From NCBI GenBank assembly GCA_049304095.1, contig JBAQNU010000010.1:19311-83310 (forward strand): a DNA stretch of 64,000 nucleotides, read 5' to 3'. The notes under the pieces were generated by a model. The model was not told the DNA's origin, did not search any database, and saw only the letters and a list, made by a program, of their open reading frames with translations. A program made the position numbers and the translations under genes. Origin of the DNA: Candidatus Moraniibacteriota bacterium (GTDB lineage Bacteria; Patescibacteriota; Minisyncoccia; Moranbacterales; UBA2206). Positions 26,967 to 36,230 of this stretch are shown here, in pieces (the first letter of the stretch is position 1; the number at the start of each line of letters is the position of its first letter).

Positions 26967-28685
26967 ATGACAAGAAGCTGGAAGCTGAAAGAAAAAGTAG
27001 CAAATGATTTCGAACAGGAGTTGTTGCAAAAATATAATCCGGTCATATTAAAATTGCTTTTTGATCGAGGTCTTTTTTCGCAGGAAAAAATTGAAAATTT
27101 CTTTAGTGCCGATTATGCTGCCTTGTCGGAGGTGGGAAATATTTCCGGAATGTCCGAGGCAGTTTCGCGCATTGTCTTGGCGAAAGCCAATAAAGAGCGC
27201 ATCGCTATTTTTGGCGATTATGACGCAGACGGAGTGACCGCCACGGCACTTTTATTTGAAATTCTTTCTAGTTTAGGTTTTGCTGATTTAACTTACTATA
27301 TTCCTGACCGTCAACTGGAGGGTTATGGAATAAATGAAAGGGCGCTGGAATTTTTGGCGGCTGATGGTGTAAAATTGGTTATCACAGTTGACTCGGGAAT
27401 TACCAATGCAGTCGAAGTGGAAAAAGCGAGAAGTTTAGGATTAGATGTGATTATTACCGATCATCATCATGCGCCAGAGATTTTGCCCAAAGCTGTGGCG
27501 GTGATTAATCCGCACCTAGAAAATTCCGGGTTTGTCTTTACTGATTTGGCTGGAGTGGGTGTGGCTTTCAAGCTGGCGCAAGCTTTGATGCAAAAAATGG
27601 CGCCGGAAAAAATGGATCAACTCAAGTGGCTCTTGGATCTTGTGGCGATTGGAACGGTGGCGGATTGCGTTTCACTTTTGGGCGAGAATAGGATTTTGGT
27701 TAAATATGGCCTGGTGGTTTTGTCCAAAACGCGCCGAATTGGCTTTCAAGAAATGTTCAAGGTGGGACGAATTGAAATTGGGGAAAATAGCCTGCCGGAT
27801 ACGCAAAAAATCGCCTATCAGATTGCGCCCAGAATTAATGCGGCCGGCCGAATGGATCACGCCAGTGTTTCCTATAAATTAATTGTCGAAAAAGACACAG
27901 CGCAGGCGAGACTTCTAGCGCTTGATGTGGAGAGCAAAAATCAAGAAAGACAAAAGATGACGGCGGAAATCGTAAAAGAAATTGAAACTCTCGCGCTGAA
28001 AGATTTTGGTGAAAAAAAATTTATTCACGTGGCAAATCCGCATTGGCCAGTCGGAATTTTGGGGCTCGTGGCTGGAAAGGCGACAGAAAAATTTCAAAAA
28101 CCGATTGTTGTTTTCCAAGAGCAAGAGCAGGAATATGTTGGATCACTCAGGAGTATTCCGGAGATAAATATTATTGAAAAGATTGAGCAGTGTGCGGAGC
28201 TTCTTTCACGTTTTGGCGGGCATTCTCAGGCGGCCGGAGTGCGGGTTTCTAAGGGAAATATGGAAAAATTTTGCGCTAAAATGACCAAGCTCATTGAGGC
28301 GGATCTGGCGGGCAAAGAAATTATTTCCACGCTTTTGGTTGACGCGGAAGTCGGCGTGGGGGAGCTTAGCTGGGAATTTATGGCGGAGCTAAAAAAGATG
28401 GAACCTTTCGGGATGGGGAACAAAGAGCCTGTATTTATGCTTCGCGGGATGCGTATTAGTGATGTGCGGATGGTTGGCAATGGATCGAAACACTTGAAAA
28501 TGAGCCTAAAATCCGATAGTGGTGGCCCGCAAATTTTTGATGCGATTGGTTTCAAATTGGGGGCGGAATTTCCTGACTTGAAAAAGGGCGATTTACTTGA
28601 TGTAGTTTTCAATCTCAGCGAAGACGAATGGAATGGGACAAAAAAAATGCAACTGAAGTTGATTGATTTGAGGTTGGCAAATTAA
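26967..28685 (+). CDS. recJ: single-stranded-DNA-specific exonuclease RecJ
   Basis: DHH motifs (GDYDADGVT, ITDHHH) and a DHHA1 domain (GGHSQAAG). Confidence 0.85.
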   Translation: MTRSWKLKEKVANDFEQELLQKYNPVILKLLFDRGLFSQEKIENFFSADYAALSEVGNISGMSEAVSRIVLAKANKERIAIFGDYDADGVTATALLFEILSSLGFADLTYYIPDRQLEGYGINERALEFLAADGVKLVITVDSGITNAVEVEKARSLGLDVIITDHHHAPEILPKAVAVINPHLENSGFVFTDLAGVGVAFKLAQALMQKMAPEKMDQLKWLLDLVAIGTVADCVSLLGENRILVKYGLVVLSKTRRIGFQEMFKVGRIEIGENSLPDTQKIAYQIAPRINAAGRMDHASVSYKLIVEKDTAQARLLALDVESKNQERQKMTAEIVKEIETLALKDFGEKKFIHVANPHWPVGILGLVAGKATEKFQKPIVVFQEQEQEYVGSLRSIPEINIIEKIEQCAELLSRFGGHSQAAGVRVSKGNMEKFCAKMTKLIEADLAGKEIISTLLVDAEVGVGELSWEFMAELKKMEPFGMGNKEPVFMLRGMRISDVRMVGNGSKHLKMSLKSDSGGPQIFDAIGFKLGAEFPDLKKGDLLDVVFNLSEDEWNGTKKMQLKLIDLRLAN

Positions 28686-28703
28686 CTCTAAATTTTCAAA
28701 TCT

Positions 28704-29135
28704 ATGACAGAAAAAATTGTAATGTTTAGCGATGGTGGGTCGCGGGGCAATCCTGGGCCGGCGGGGATTGGTGTTTGGGTGGAAACATTAGGAAAGAAAT
28801 ATGGTGAGTGCATTGGGATCGCGACGAACAATGTCGCCGAATATGCCGCGCTGATTTTTGGCCTCAAAAAATTAAAACAACTTTTGGGTAAAGATAAGAC
28901 GCGTCAATATGAAATTGAATGCTATCTTGATTCTGAGTTAGTGGTGAAACAGCTCAATCATGAGTATAAGTTAAAAGAAGAATATATCCAGAAAAATTTC
29001 ATTGAAATTTGGAATATCGCGCTTGATTTTAAATCAGTTAAGTTTTATCATATAGCTAGGGAGAAGAACACGATTGCTGACGCGCTTGTGAATGAGGCGT
29101 TGGATGCAGAAAAAGCTCAAAAAGTATTATTATAA
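28704..29135 (+). CDS. rnhA: ribonuclease HI
   Basis: FSDGGSRGNPGPAG and the ...EYAAL... catalytic residues context of RNase H. Confidence 0.85.
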   Translation: MTEKIVMFSDGGSRGNPGPAGIGVWVETLGKKYGECIGIATNNVAEYAALIFGLKKLKQLLGKDKTRQYEIECYLDSELVVKQLNHEYKLKEEYIQKNFIEIWNIALDFKSVKFYHIAREKNTIADALVNEALDAEKAQKVLL

Positions 29136-29140
29136 AGTTT

Positions 29141-30439
29141 ATGTTTAAATACAAAAAAACCATTGCTATTATATTGATTCTGATTATTGCCGGAGGCTAT
29201 TTTTTCTATGCCAAGTCTAAAAAGCCCAAAGTGGAATATACCACGGCGACAGTGGAAAAAGGCCATCTCGCGCAAACAGTTTCAGCGACTGGGGATCTCA
29301 GAGATGATTCGGAAATTGTGCTCAACTTTGAGTTGGGCGGAAGGATTAGCAAGGTTTTCATTAAAAAAGGCAACAAGGTGGCTGCTGGTGATTCGATTGC
29401 GATGCTGGATAATGCCAATCTGTCTGGTCAAGTTGCGGTCGCCAAAGCAACGCTGGACAAAGCGGTGGCTGATGCTGGGGCAAATAATGATGCGGTTCGC
29501 GAAGCGGATGTGGCAGTGGATAATGCTGATGATTTTTTGGATGAAACGGAAAAATTGGAAAAACAAAAAGTGGACGCTGCCGAGACGGCGCTCGATAATG
29601 CCGAGGACTATTATTCTGACGCGCTGGATTTCTATAATGATGATCCGGACACAACTACGAAGTTGACTTTGACAACAGCCCTAAACAGCAAAAAAGCGGC
29701 TGAGGAAGCGTTGGATACTGCCAAAAAATCTCGAGATTTGGCGATTACTTCCGCGGACAACTCTTTGGACGCGGCGAAAGCGAAATTAAAAACGACCCAG
29801 TCGGATTTCACGCTCAATTCCAAGAACGCCTCAGTGGACAATGCCAAAGCCAACTATGACATCGCGCTCAATAATCTTTCCAAGGCCGTCCTCAAAGCGC
29901 CGGTAACTGGTACGATTGTAGAAGTGAACAACAAGGTGGGAGAAATCTTAGGCACTGGCGTGATTAAGGAATCCTTTGCGCGCATCATTGCCGATGACTA
30001 TATTATTGAATCGAATATTCCCGAATCGGATATTGTAAAACTAAAACTGGGTCAAAAGGCCAAGGTTACTTTTGATGCACTGCCAGCCGGAGATGAATTT
30101 GACGCGGAGCTCATTGAAATCAATCCAGCGGAAACGGTTATTCAAGACGTAGTCTATTATGGGATAAAATTAAAACTAACGGCGGTTGATCAAAGACTGA
30201 AAGTGGGAATGAGTGTGAACATTGATGTGGCAACAAACGAAAAGAGTGAAATTCTCATGATCCCGCTTCGGGCGATAAAACTAAACAATGGAGAAAAATC
30301 AGTTGAAATCTTGAAAGCGGACAACACAACCGAAGAAGTGAAAATCACCACCGGACTGGAAGGCGACGGGGGAATGGTGGAAGTGAAATCAGGCGTGAAA
30401 GAAGGGGATAAGGTCGTTACTTTTACAAAAGATATTTAA
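29141..30439 (+). CDS. HlyD/MacA-family periplasmic adaptor (membrane fusion protein)
   Basis: N-terminal TM, long alanine-rich coiled-coil, and beta-barrel/lipoyl-like segments (VTGTIVEVNNKVGE). Precedes the MacB-like ABC genes. Confidence 0.7.
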   Translation: MFKYKKTIAIILILIIAGGYFFYAKSKKPKVEYTTATVEKGHLAQTVSATGDLRDDSEIVLNFELGGRISKVFIKKGNKVAAGDSIAMLDNANLSGQVAVAKATLDKAVADAGANNDAVREADVAVDNADDFLDETEKLEKQKVDAAETALDNAEDYYSDALDFYNDDPDTTTKLTLTTALNSKKAAEEALDTAKKSRDLAITSADNSLDAAKAKLKTTQSDFTLNSKNASVDNAKANYDIALNNLSKAVLKAPVTGTIVEVNNKVGEILGTGVIKESFARIIADDYIIESNIPESDIVKLKLGQKAKVTFDALPAGDEFDAELIEINPAETVIQDVVYYGIKLKLTAVDQRLKVGMSVNIDVATNEKSEILMIPLRAIKLNNGEKSVEILKADNTTEEVKITTGLEGDGGMVEVKSGVKEGDKVVTFTKDI

Positions 30440-30445
30440 TTATCA

Positions 30446-30542
30446 GAACCACTGATTCGCACTGATTTTCCTGATTGCACGTGATTAATGTCAGATTCTA
30501 AGTTCAGTGAAATCAGTGTACTCATGTGATAATCAGTGGTTC
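30446..30542. repeat. iteron-like/MITE-like element: five tandem about 10-nt CACTGATT-type repeats closed by a 12-bp inverted terminal repeat (GAACCACTGATT ... AATCAGTGGTTC)
   Basis: Read directly from sequence. Related partial copies at 8077-8120 (CTGAACCACTGATT AACACTGATT ... CACTGATT spanning the uvrA stop) and 31613-31640 (an inverted copy across the ABC ATPase stop / permease start). Confidence 0.45.
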
Positions 30543-30629
30543 AGACAAATGAAAAAGCACATCTATGTTGTTCGTCGCGATTTTTCGCTGACGCATAAAT
30601 ATGCTTTTTATGGAGACATCAACATAACT

Positions 30630-30800
30630 TTAGCGTCCTTTGATTTTATCAGGTAATGTTAATGGCTCCCCACAAATCACGCAATGCGTGGAAAAATTCT
30701 CGCGATTATTTGTGGGCTCAAAGTTATAACTTAGTTTGTCGGTGCAGTTATTGCACCTTACCATCATTTCTCCTATCGGGACAAATAATTTGTAAGTCAT
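30630..30800 (-). CDS. small zinc-ribbon protein (56 aa), absent from the ORF track
   Basis: Minus strand with a strong SD (AAAGGAGGAAAGCT) 7 nt before the ATG. Translation is MTYKLFVPIGEMMVRCNNCTDKLSYNFEPTNNRENFSTHCVICGEPLTLPDKIKGR, with two CxxC pairs. The local palindromes encode these Cys pairs. Confidence 0.45.
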   Translation of the reverse strand: MTYKLFVPIGEMMVRCNNCTDKLSYNFEPTNNRENFSTHCVICGEPLTLPDKIKGR

Positions 30801-30885
30801 AGCTTTCCTCCTTTACTCTAAATAAGTTGTTGCGAAAAAAGAACTGCCCCTACTTGTTACTTCCATAATAGTCCAACTATTTTCT

Positions 30886-31614
30886 ATGTCAAACCCCCTA
30901 ATCCAAGTCCAAAATTTGTGCAAGACCTATTCTAATGACGGTGTGGACACGCGGGCGCTTTGTGGTGCGACTTTTGACATCCAAAAAGGCGAATTCATTT
31001 CTATTATGGGTCCAAGTGGTTCGGGCAAATCAACTCTCATGCAAATGCTGGGTTTTTTGGACCGGCCGACGGAAGGCAAATATTTTTTTGAAGGTCGCGA
31101 TACCTTCACGTTTGATGATGATACGCTGGCCAAAATTCGCAACAAAAAAATCGGTTTTGTCTTTCAATCTTTCAACCTACTTTCTCGCACAACCGTGTTT
31201 GAAAATGTCGAGTTGCCTTTGCTCTATGACGAGAAGATTGCAAAGAATAATGAAAAAAAAGTGCTGGACGCGCTCTTGGCAGTAGGTATGGAACATCGGG
31301 CCAACTATTTTTCTAATCAACTGTCTGGCGGAGAAAAACAGCGAGTGGCAATAGCGAGAGCTCTAGTTAATGATCCCGAAGTGATTTTTGCTGATGAGCC
31401 AACGGGAAATTTAGATTCCAAATCTGGTCTTCAAGTGATGCGGATTTTGCAAAAATTGAACGACAGTGGTCGCACAGTCATTTTGGTCACGCACGAAACC
31501 TATACCGCTGAGCACGCCAAGAGAATTATCTATGTCAAAGACGGAAAAATTATCGCCGATGATCCGGTCAAAAATCGACGGATTGCGGAGGGGGAGAATG
31601 AGCTTTTGAAATAA
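30886..31614 (+). CDS. ABC transporter ATP-binding protein (MacB/LolD-like)
   Basis: Walker [10 protein letters not shown], signature [15 protein letters not shown], Walker [14 protein letters not shown]-loop VTHE. Confidence 0.9.
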   Translation: MSNPLIQVQNLCKTYSNDGVDTRALCGATFDIQKGEFISIMGPSGSGKSTLMQMLGFLDRPTEGKYFFEGRDTFTFDDDTLAKIRNKKIGFVFQSFNLLSRTTVFENVELPLLYDEKIAKNNEKKVLDALLAVGMEHRANYFSNQLSGGEKQRVAIARALVNDPEVIFADEPTGNLDSKSGLQVMRILQKLNDSGRTVILVTHETYTAEHAKRIIYVKDGKIIADDPVKNRRIAEGENELLK

Positions 31615-31617
31615 TCA

Positions 31618-32883
31618 GTGCGAATCATGTGGTTCAGATTTATGAATATCCTAAACCCCATCAAAATCTCACTAAAAAATCTTCTGGCGGCCAAGCTCCG
31701 CTCTTTTTTGACGATCTTGGGAATTATTATCGGCATTGCTTCAGTGGTGGTGGTAATGGCGATTGGTGGTAGTGCGCAAAAATTAGTGCTCAGTCAGGTT
31801 TCGGGCATCGGATCAAATTTAATTGGAGTGCTTCCTGGCGCGTCAGATGAAAAAGGCCCACCAGCATCAGCGATGGGTATTGTGGTCACAACACTGAAAT
31901 ACGCTGATCTGGTTGCCCTAAAAGAAAAAAAGAATGTGCCCAATTTGGCTGATGTTACGGCCTATGTCAGTGGTTCGGCGACAGTCAAAAACGCCAATGG
32001 TTCATTTCAATCCAGCTATCAAGGAGTGAGTGCCAGTCTTTTGGATGTGGAAGATATCAAGTTGCAATCTGGTCGCTTTTTTCTGAGCGAAGAGGACACA
32101 AACCTGGCGCATGTGGCTGTGCTCGGATCTAATCGCGCAACTGATCTTTTTCCTAATGTTGATCCAATTGGAAAAAGCATCACACTCAAAGATGTCAATT
32201 TCACCGTCGTGGGCGTTCTCTCTGCGCGTGGTTCGGTCGGTTTTTCCAACACAGATGACATGGTCTATGTGCCGCTTTTTAGCGCGCAAAAGCTTTTACT
32301 TGGCATCGATTATCTCAATTTTATGCGCATCAAAGTTGATTCTAAGGACAATCTCGATCGCACCGTGGCGGATGTCAAAGCCACGCTCCGCGAACAGCAC
32401 AAAATCAAAGCCGATGCCAGCGATGACTTTTCTGTGAGAAATAGTGCGCAGGCAATTGAGTTGCTCACAACTGTCACCAATGTGCTCAAATATTTTCTCG
32501 CAGCAGTAGCCGCCATTTCGCTCATTGTTGGCGGAGTGGGGATTATGAATATTATGCTCATTTCCGTCAATCAGCGGATCAGGGAAGTGGGACTGCGAAA
32601 AGCGGTGGGAGCCAAGAATATCCATATTATCTCCCAGTTTCTTATTGAAGCGATTTTCATCACACTTATTGGTGGAATTTTGGGCATAATTTTGGGAATT
32701 GTCGTCGCGTTTTTGGCTGCGATAATTATCAAGGGCCTTGGCTATGATTGGGAGTTTATCATAACTTTCAGCTCAATGCTTCTGGCCACATCTGTTTCTG
32801 TCGCCATTGGTATTATTTTTGGAATATATCCTGCCCGCAAAGCTTCAAAGATAAGCCCGATGGAAGCTCTTAGATATGAATAA
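31618..32883 (+). CDS. ABC transporter permease, FtsX/MacB-type
   Basis: N-terminal TM, large periplasmic MacB-PCD-like domain, C-terminal FtsX 3-TM bundle (GGVGIMNIMLISVNQRIREVGLRKAVGA). Confidence 0.85.
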   Translation: MRIMWFRFMNILNPIKISLKNLLAAKLRSFLTILGIIIGIASVVVVMAIGGSAQKLVLSQVSGIGSNLIGVLPGASDEKGPPASAMGIVVTTLKYADLVALKEKKNVPNLADVTAYVSGSATVKNANGSFQSSYQGVSASLLDVEDIKLQSGRFFLSEEDTNLAHVAVLGSNRATDLFPNVDPIGKSITLKDVNFTVVGVLSARGSVGFSNTDDMVYVPLFSAQKLLLGIDYLNFMRIKVDSKDNLDRTVADVKATLREQHKIKADASDDFSVRNSAQAIELLTTVTNVLKYFLAAVAAISLIVGGVGIMNIMLISVNQRIREVGLRKAVGAKNIHIISQFLIEAIFITLIGGILGIILGIVVAFLAAIIIKGLGYDWEFIITFSSMLLATSVSVAIGIIFGIYPARKASKISPMEALRYE

Positions 32884-32885
32884 TT

Positions 32886-32990
32886 TTTAAATTTTGTAAT
32901 TTTTAAATAAATATAAATTTCTAATTTTTAAAAATTAAAACATTAAAAAAATTATTTAAAAATTATAAAATTACAAAATTACAAAATTTT
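32886..32990. repeat. AT-rich intergenic inverted-repeat element, copy 2
   Basis: Homologous to 21445-21560. Terminal inverted arms AAATTTTGTAATTT / AAATTACAAAATTT. Confidence 0.4.
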
Positions 32991-32996
32991 TCTGTT

Positions 32997-34250
32997 ATGC
33001 ATGAACTAATCATTTCAATCAAACTGGCTTTCAAGAATCTTCGTTCCAATTTGGGACGGACGATTTTGACTTTGGTTGGCGTGGTAATTGGCGTAATTGC
33101 GGTAATTTTGGTGAGCTCATTGGGACAAGGTGTGAAGGATTTTATTTTGAACCAAGTCGGCACTTTTGGCACAGATCTTATTCAGATTGAAGTGAAGGTG
33201 CCGGCGACTGGCAAGGCCTCGACACAAAATGCGGTTGGTCAAGCAACAGGCATTCAAATCACAACTATGACAATTGCGGACGCAAAAAATATCAGCAAGT
33301 TGCCCAACGTGGCGGCGACTGCCCCGGGCACAATGACGCAGGAATTAGCTAGCTATCAAAATACCAACAAGCGCGTTTTTCTGTTTGGAGTCGGGGCGGG
33401 GTACAGTCAAATTGATCAAAGCACGAAATTGTCAGAAGGCGCATTTTTTTCCGCTAGTGATGATGAGAGTTTGGCGCAAGTGGCGGTGATTGGCAGTAAT
33501 ATCCGCGATGCTTTTTTCGGCGACGATGACCCGGTGGGAAAAAGCATTAAAATTAAAAATCAAAACTATAAAATAGTCGGACTGGCCAGCGAGCGGGGCG
33601 CAGTGGCCGGATTCAACTATGATGACCTGATCTACATTCCGGTGCAAACGATGCAAAAAAAGATTTTGGGTATTGATTATATTCGTTTTATTATGGTTAA
33701 GGTGAAAGATGAAAAAAAGATTGATGTGACGGCATCTGATCTCATGGCGGAGATGCGACGACTGCATAAAATTACTGATCCAAGCAAGGATGATTTTGGT
33801 GTCACTTCCATTAAAGAAGCCCAAGCGACGATTGAAAATGTTTTTGCCACAATCAATATTTTGCTTCTCGCTTTGACTTCCATTTCGCTCATTGTTGGCG
33901 GAGTGGGGATTATGAATGTGATGTATGTGGCCGTGGCGGAACGAACATTTGAGATTGGCCTGCGCAAAGCCGTTGGCGCGAAGTCAAAAAATATTTTGCG
34001 TCAGTTTCTCTGGGAAGCAATCTTCATCACTTTTTTTGGCGGAATGGTGGGAATAATTTTGGGCTATCTTTTGCTTTTCGTGCTTTCCTATTTCGTGGCC
34101 TCTTTTGGTTATCCAATCCGTTTTGGGTTAAGTGCCAGTTCGATTAGTCTGGCTGTCGGTTTTTCTGTCGCCACTGGCGTTATTTTTGGCTATTATCCAG
34201 CCCGCGCAGCTTCGAGACTTAGCCCGATGGAAGCATTGCGAAAGGACTAG
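32997..34250 (+). CDS. ABC transporter permease, FtsX/MacB-type (second paralog)
   Basis: Same architecture as the previous gene (GGVGIMNVMYVAVAERTFEIGLRKAVGA). Confidence 0.85.
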   Translation: MHELIISIKLAFKNLRSNLGRTILTLVGVVIGVIAVILVSSLGQGVKDFILNQVGTFGTDLIQIEVKVPATGKASTQNAVGQATGIQITTMTIADAKNISKLPNVAATAPGTMTQELASYQNTNKRVFLFGVGAGYSQIDQSTKLSEGAFFSASDDESLAQVAVIGSNIRDAFFGDDDPVGKSIKIKNQNYKIVGLASERGAVAGFNYDDLIYIPVQTMQKKILGIDYIRFIMVKVKDEKKIDVTASDLMAEMRRLHKITDPSKDDFGVTSIKEAQATIENVFATINILLLALTSISLIVGGVGIMNVMYVAVAERTFEIGLRKAVGAKSKNILRQFLWEAIFITFFGGMVGIILGYLLLFVLSYFVASFGYPIRFGLSASSISLAVGFSVATGVIFGYYPARAASRLSPMEALRKD

Positions 34251-34352
34251 GTTAGAATTACGCAATAAATCCAAAAAAGCGCAAGTTGTAGCGCTTTTTT
34301 GTTTGTGATAAGCTAGAAATAATTTAAATAGCAAACATAAGTAGCAAAATAT

Positions 34353-34901
34353 ATGGAAGAAAAAAAGGAAGAATGGAAAGAGCTATTGGAAGAGGCGACA
34401 TTGGAAGACTCGCCAAAAAAAGAAACTCAGGAAATCCAAAGTGGTGTAGTTGGCGAACCAATAGCGAAGGCAACTACTTCGACAGTCGAAAAAGACAAGT
34501 CGGAAATTGAATCTATACCAAAGGAGGAAGAGGTGATGCAGGAAGTGAATGACCAGGAGGAAGAGGTGATGCAGGAAATGAATGACCAGGAGGAGGAAGA
34601 AGCATATGAGAAAAAGAATAAAAAAGAATTTTTGTCGCGCCTGGTGATGATTTTTGTCTTAGGATTTCTGATCGGCATTGCGTTCAAAACTGAAGCACTC
34701 AAAAAAGTGACAGTTGGTTATAACGATTACCTCGTGAAAACCAAGTCACAAGATTATGATATTAATCAGGCGCAAAAAGAACTAAATAAAGCACGAGACG
34801 CAGCCAGTGAAGCGCAGACGCCAGAAAATCCTGACGATTCCAGCGTGGATGCAAATCCAGCGGTGGGCGGCGGAGAGCAAAATAACCAAACGCAAAATTA
34901 A
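34353..34901 (+). CDS. acidic repeat-containing membrane protein (hypothetical)
   Basis: A tandem 36-nt repeat encodes EEEVMQE(V/M)NDQE. One TM helix (LVMIFVLGFLIGIAF). Confidence 0.4.
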   Translation: MEEKKEEWKELLEEATLEDSPKKETQEIQSGVVGEPIAKATTSTVEKDKSEIESIPKEEEVMQEVNDQEEEVMQEMNDQEEEEAYEKKNKKEFLSRLVMIFVLGFLIGIAFKTEALKKVTVGYNDYLVKTKSQDYDINQAQKELNKARDAASEAQTPENPDDSSVDANPAVGGGEQNNQTQN

Positions 34902-34920
34902 TTTTTTTATTACTAATCCT

Positions 34921-35976
34921 ATGGAAGATAATATGCAAAAATGGAGTGATGACGTTTTGAGAAAAAAACAGACGGAAAATAAAATAAAAAATTTAATCTC
35001 GGCTTTGATTTTGATTTCCGGTATGTTCCTAGGTAGTCTCTTTATCGATCTTTCGCAAATGCTGCAAAAAAGCGGTTTTTCGGGAAAGAAGTTGAACCAG
35101 TCAGACATTTTCGAGGCGAACGGCAAGACCTGGGTGGCTTATGGCGAACCAGCAGTTGGCGTGAAGGTGATTAGCGATGAAACTTGCAAAGAGTGCAAGG
35201 TAGATGAAATTTTGGTTTGGATGCGACGGATTTTGCCAACAGTCGCGACAGAAAAAGTGGAATATACTTCAGATGAAGGCAAGCAATTGATTGAAAAATT
35301 TGGCATCAAAACTTTGCCAGCGTTTGTTTTTGGCGCGGAAATCAAAAGCACTGATTTCTATGCGGAGGCCGGAACGCTTTTTGATGAGAAAGATGGAGAG
35401 TTAGCGATGCGTACCGGGGATATTGGTATTCCAGTGGGAAAATATGTTGAATTGCCCAAGATTAATGATGGCGATGCTACTTTTGGAGCAATTGATGCCA
35501 AGGTTAAGGTGGTGGTTTTCTCTGATTTTCAGTGTCCCTATTGCAAGCTTTTCCACACAGCCCTTCGCTCGGCGATGAAAAATTATGCGGACAATGTTGC
35601 CTTTGATTATAAATTTTTTCCTCTTAGCATTCATGCCGAGGCTAATGATGCGGCGCTGGCCGCTGGATGCGCTTTGGATCAAGGAAAATTTTGGGAATAT
35701 GCGGATAAGCTCTATGGTGATCAGGCCAACTGGGCAAATAAAAATGATTTGGCGAAATTCAAGGAATATGCCAGAACGTTGGGACTCAACGCCACTCAAT
35801 TTAATCAATGCTTGGATGATAAAAAATATCAAACCAAGATTGATAAGGACACCAAGGAGGCTGATGGTTTTGGTATCTCTGGAACGCCGGGCGTGTTTGT
35901 GAACGATCAATTCCAAACCGGAGCAATTTCCGTCGATCAATTAAAATCAGCTATTGATGGAGAGTTGGCGAAATAG
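34921..35976 (+). CDS. membrane-anchored DsbA-family thiol:disulfide oxidoreductase
   Basis: VVFSDFQCPYCKLF (CPYC thioredoxin active site). An N-terminal TM helix after ATG 34921. The track start at 34807 overlaps the upstream gene. Confidence 0.6.
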   Translation: MEDNMQKWSDDVLRKKQTENKIKNLISALILISGMFLGSLFIDLSQMLQKSGFSGKKLNQSDIFEANGKTWVAYGEPAVGVKVISDETCKECKVDEILVWMRRILPTVATEKVEYTSDEGKQLIEKFGIKTLPAFVFGAEIKSTDFYAEAGTLFDEKDGELAMRTGDIGIPVGKYVELPKINDGDATFGAIDAKVKVVVFSDFQCPYCKLFHTALRSAMKNYADNVAFDYKFFPLSIHAEANDAALAAGCALDQGKFWEYADKLYGDQANWANKNDLAKFKEYARTLGLNATQFNQCLDDKKYQTKIDKDTKEADGFGISGTPGVFVNDQFQTGAISVDQLKSAIDGELAK

Positions 35977-35995
35977 GATTTAAAAAATATTTTCC

Positions 35996-36094
35996 CGTAG
36001 AGACGTGTTCGCCTAGGCGGACACGTCTTTTTTGTGTTGTTGGTTTTGTGCGGGTATTGTTGAACGCCTAGACGAGGCAGTGCCTCGTCTCTAC
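35996..36094 (+). terminator. composite hairpin element containing a rho-independent terminator (36001-36034) and a second 9-bp-stem hairpin (36070-36090)
   Basis: AGACGTGTTCGCC-TA-GGCGGACACGTCT followed by TTTTTT. The second hairpin is AGACGAGGC-AGT-GCCTCGTCT. Both are enclosed by an outer inverted repeat GTAGAGACG (35996) / CGTCTCTAC (36086). Confidence 0.55.
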
Positions 36095-36160
36095 AATATC
36101 AATTCAAAATTCACAAACTCCCTCATAAACACCCCCGAATTTTGGCTTAGAATATACCCC

Positions 36161-36215
36161 TTGCCAAGAATTCTCCTTGTGGTATAATCGAAGATAGTTA
36201 CACTATATGTAGTAT
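36161..36215 (+). promoter_or_regulatory. nrdR-nrdD promoter (TTGCCA-16-TGgTATAAT) with an NrdR-box-like palindrome ACACTATATGTAGTAT just downstream
   Basis: -35 at 36161-36166 and extended -10 at 36180-36188. The sequence 36200-36215 resembles the published NrdR box consensus acaCwAtATaTwGtgt. Confidence 0.5.
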
Positions 36216-36230
36216 AAAACAGCAAAAATT

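Noticed and set aside
29187-29666. 159-aa + strand ORF inside the HlyD adaptor gene, and similar internal or antisense ORFs (for example 5174-5422, 30935-31285, 59645-60004 and the many minus-strand ORFs inside uvrA, uvrA2, groEL and eno)
   Set aside because: They are alternative-frame or antisense ORFs nested in genes with strong homology-type motifs. They have unusual composition and no independent signals.
30669-30716. Nested palindromes (CCCACAAAT...ATTTGTGGG and CACGCA-A-TGCGTG) as operator sites for the ABC operon
   Set aside because: They fall inside a well-supported minus-strand small ORF and encode its CxxC motifs.
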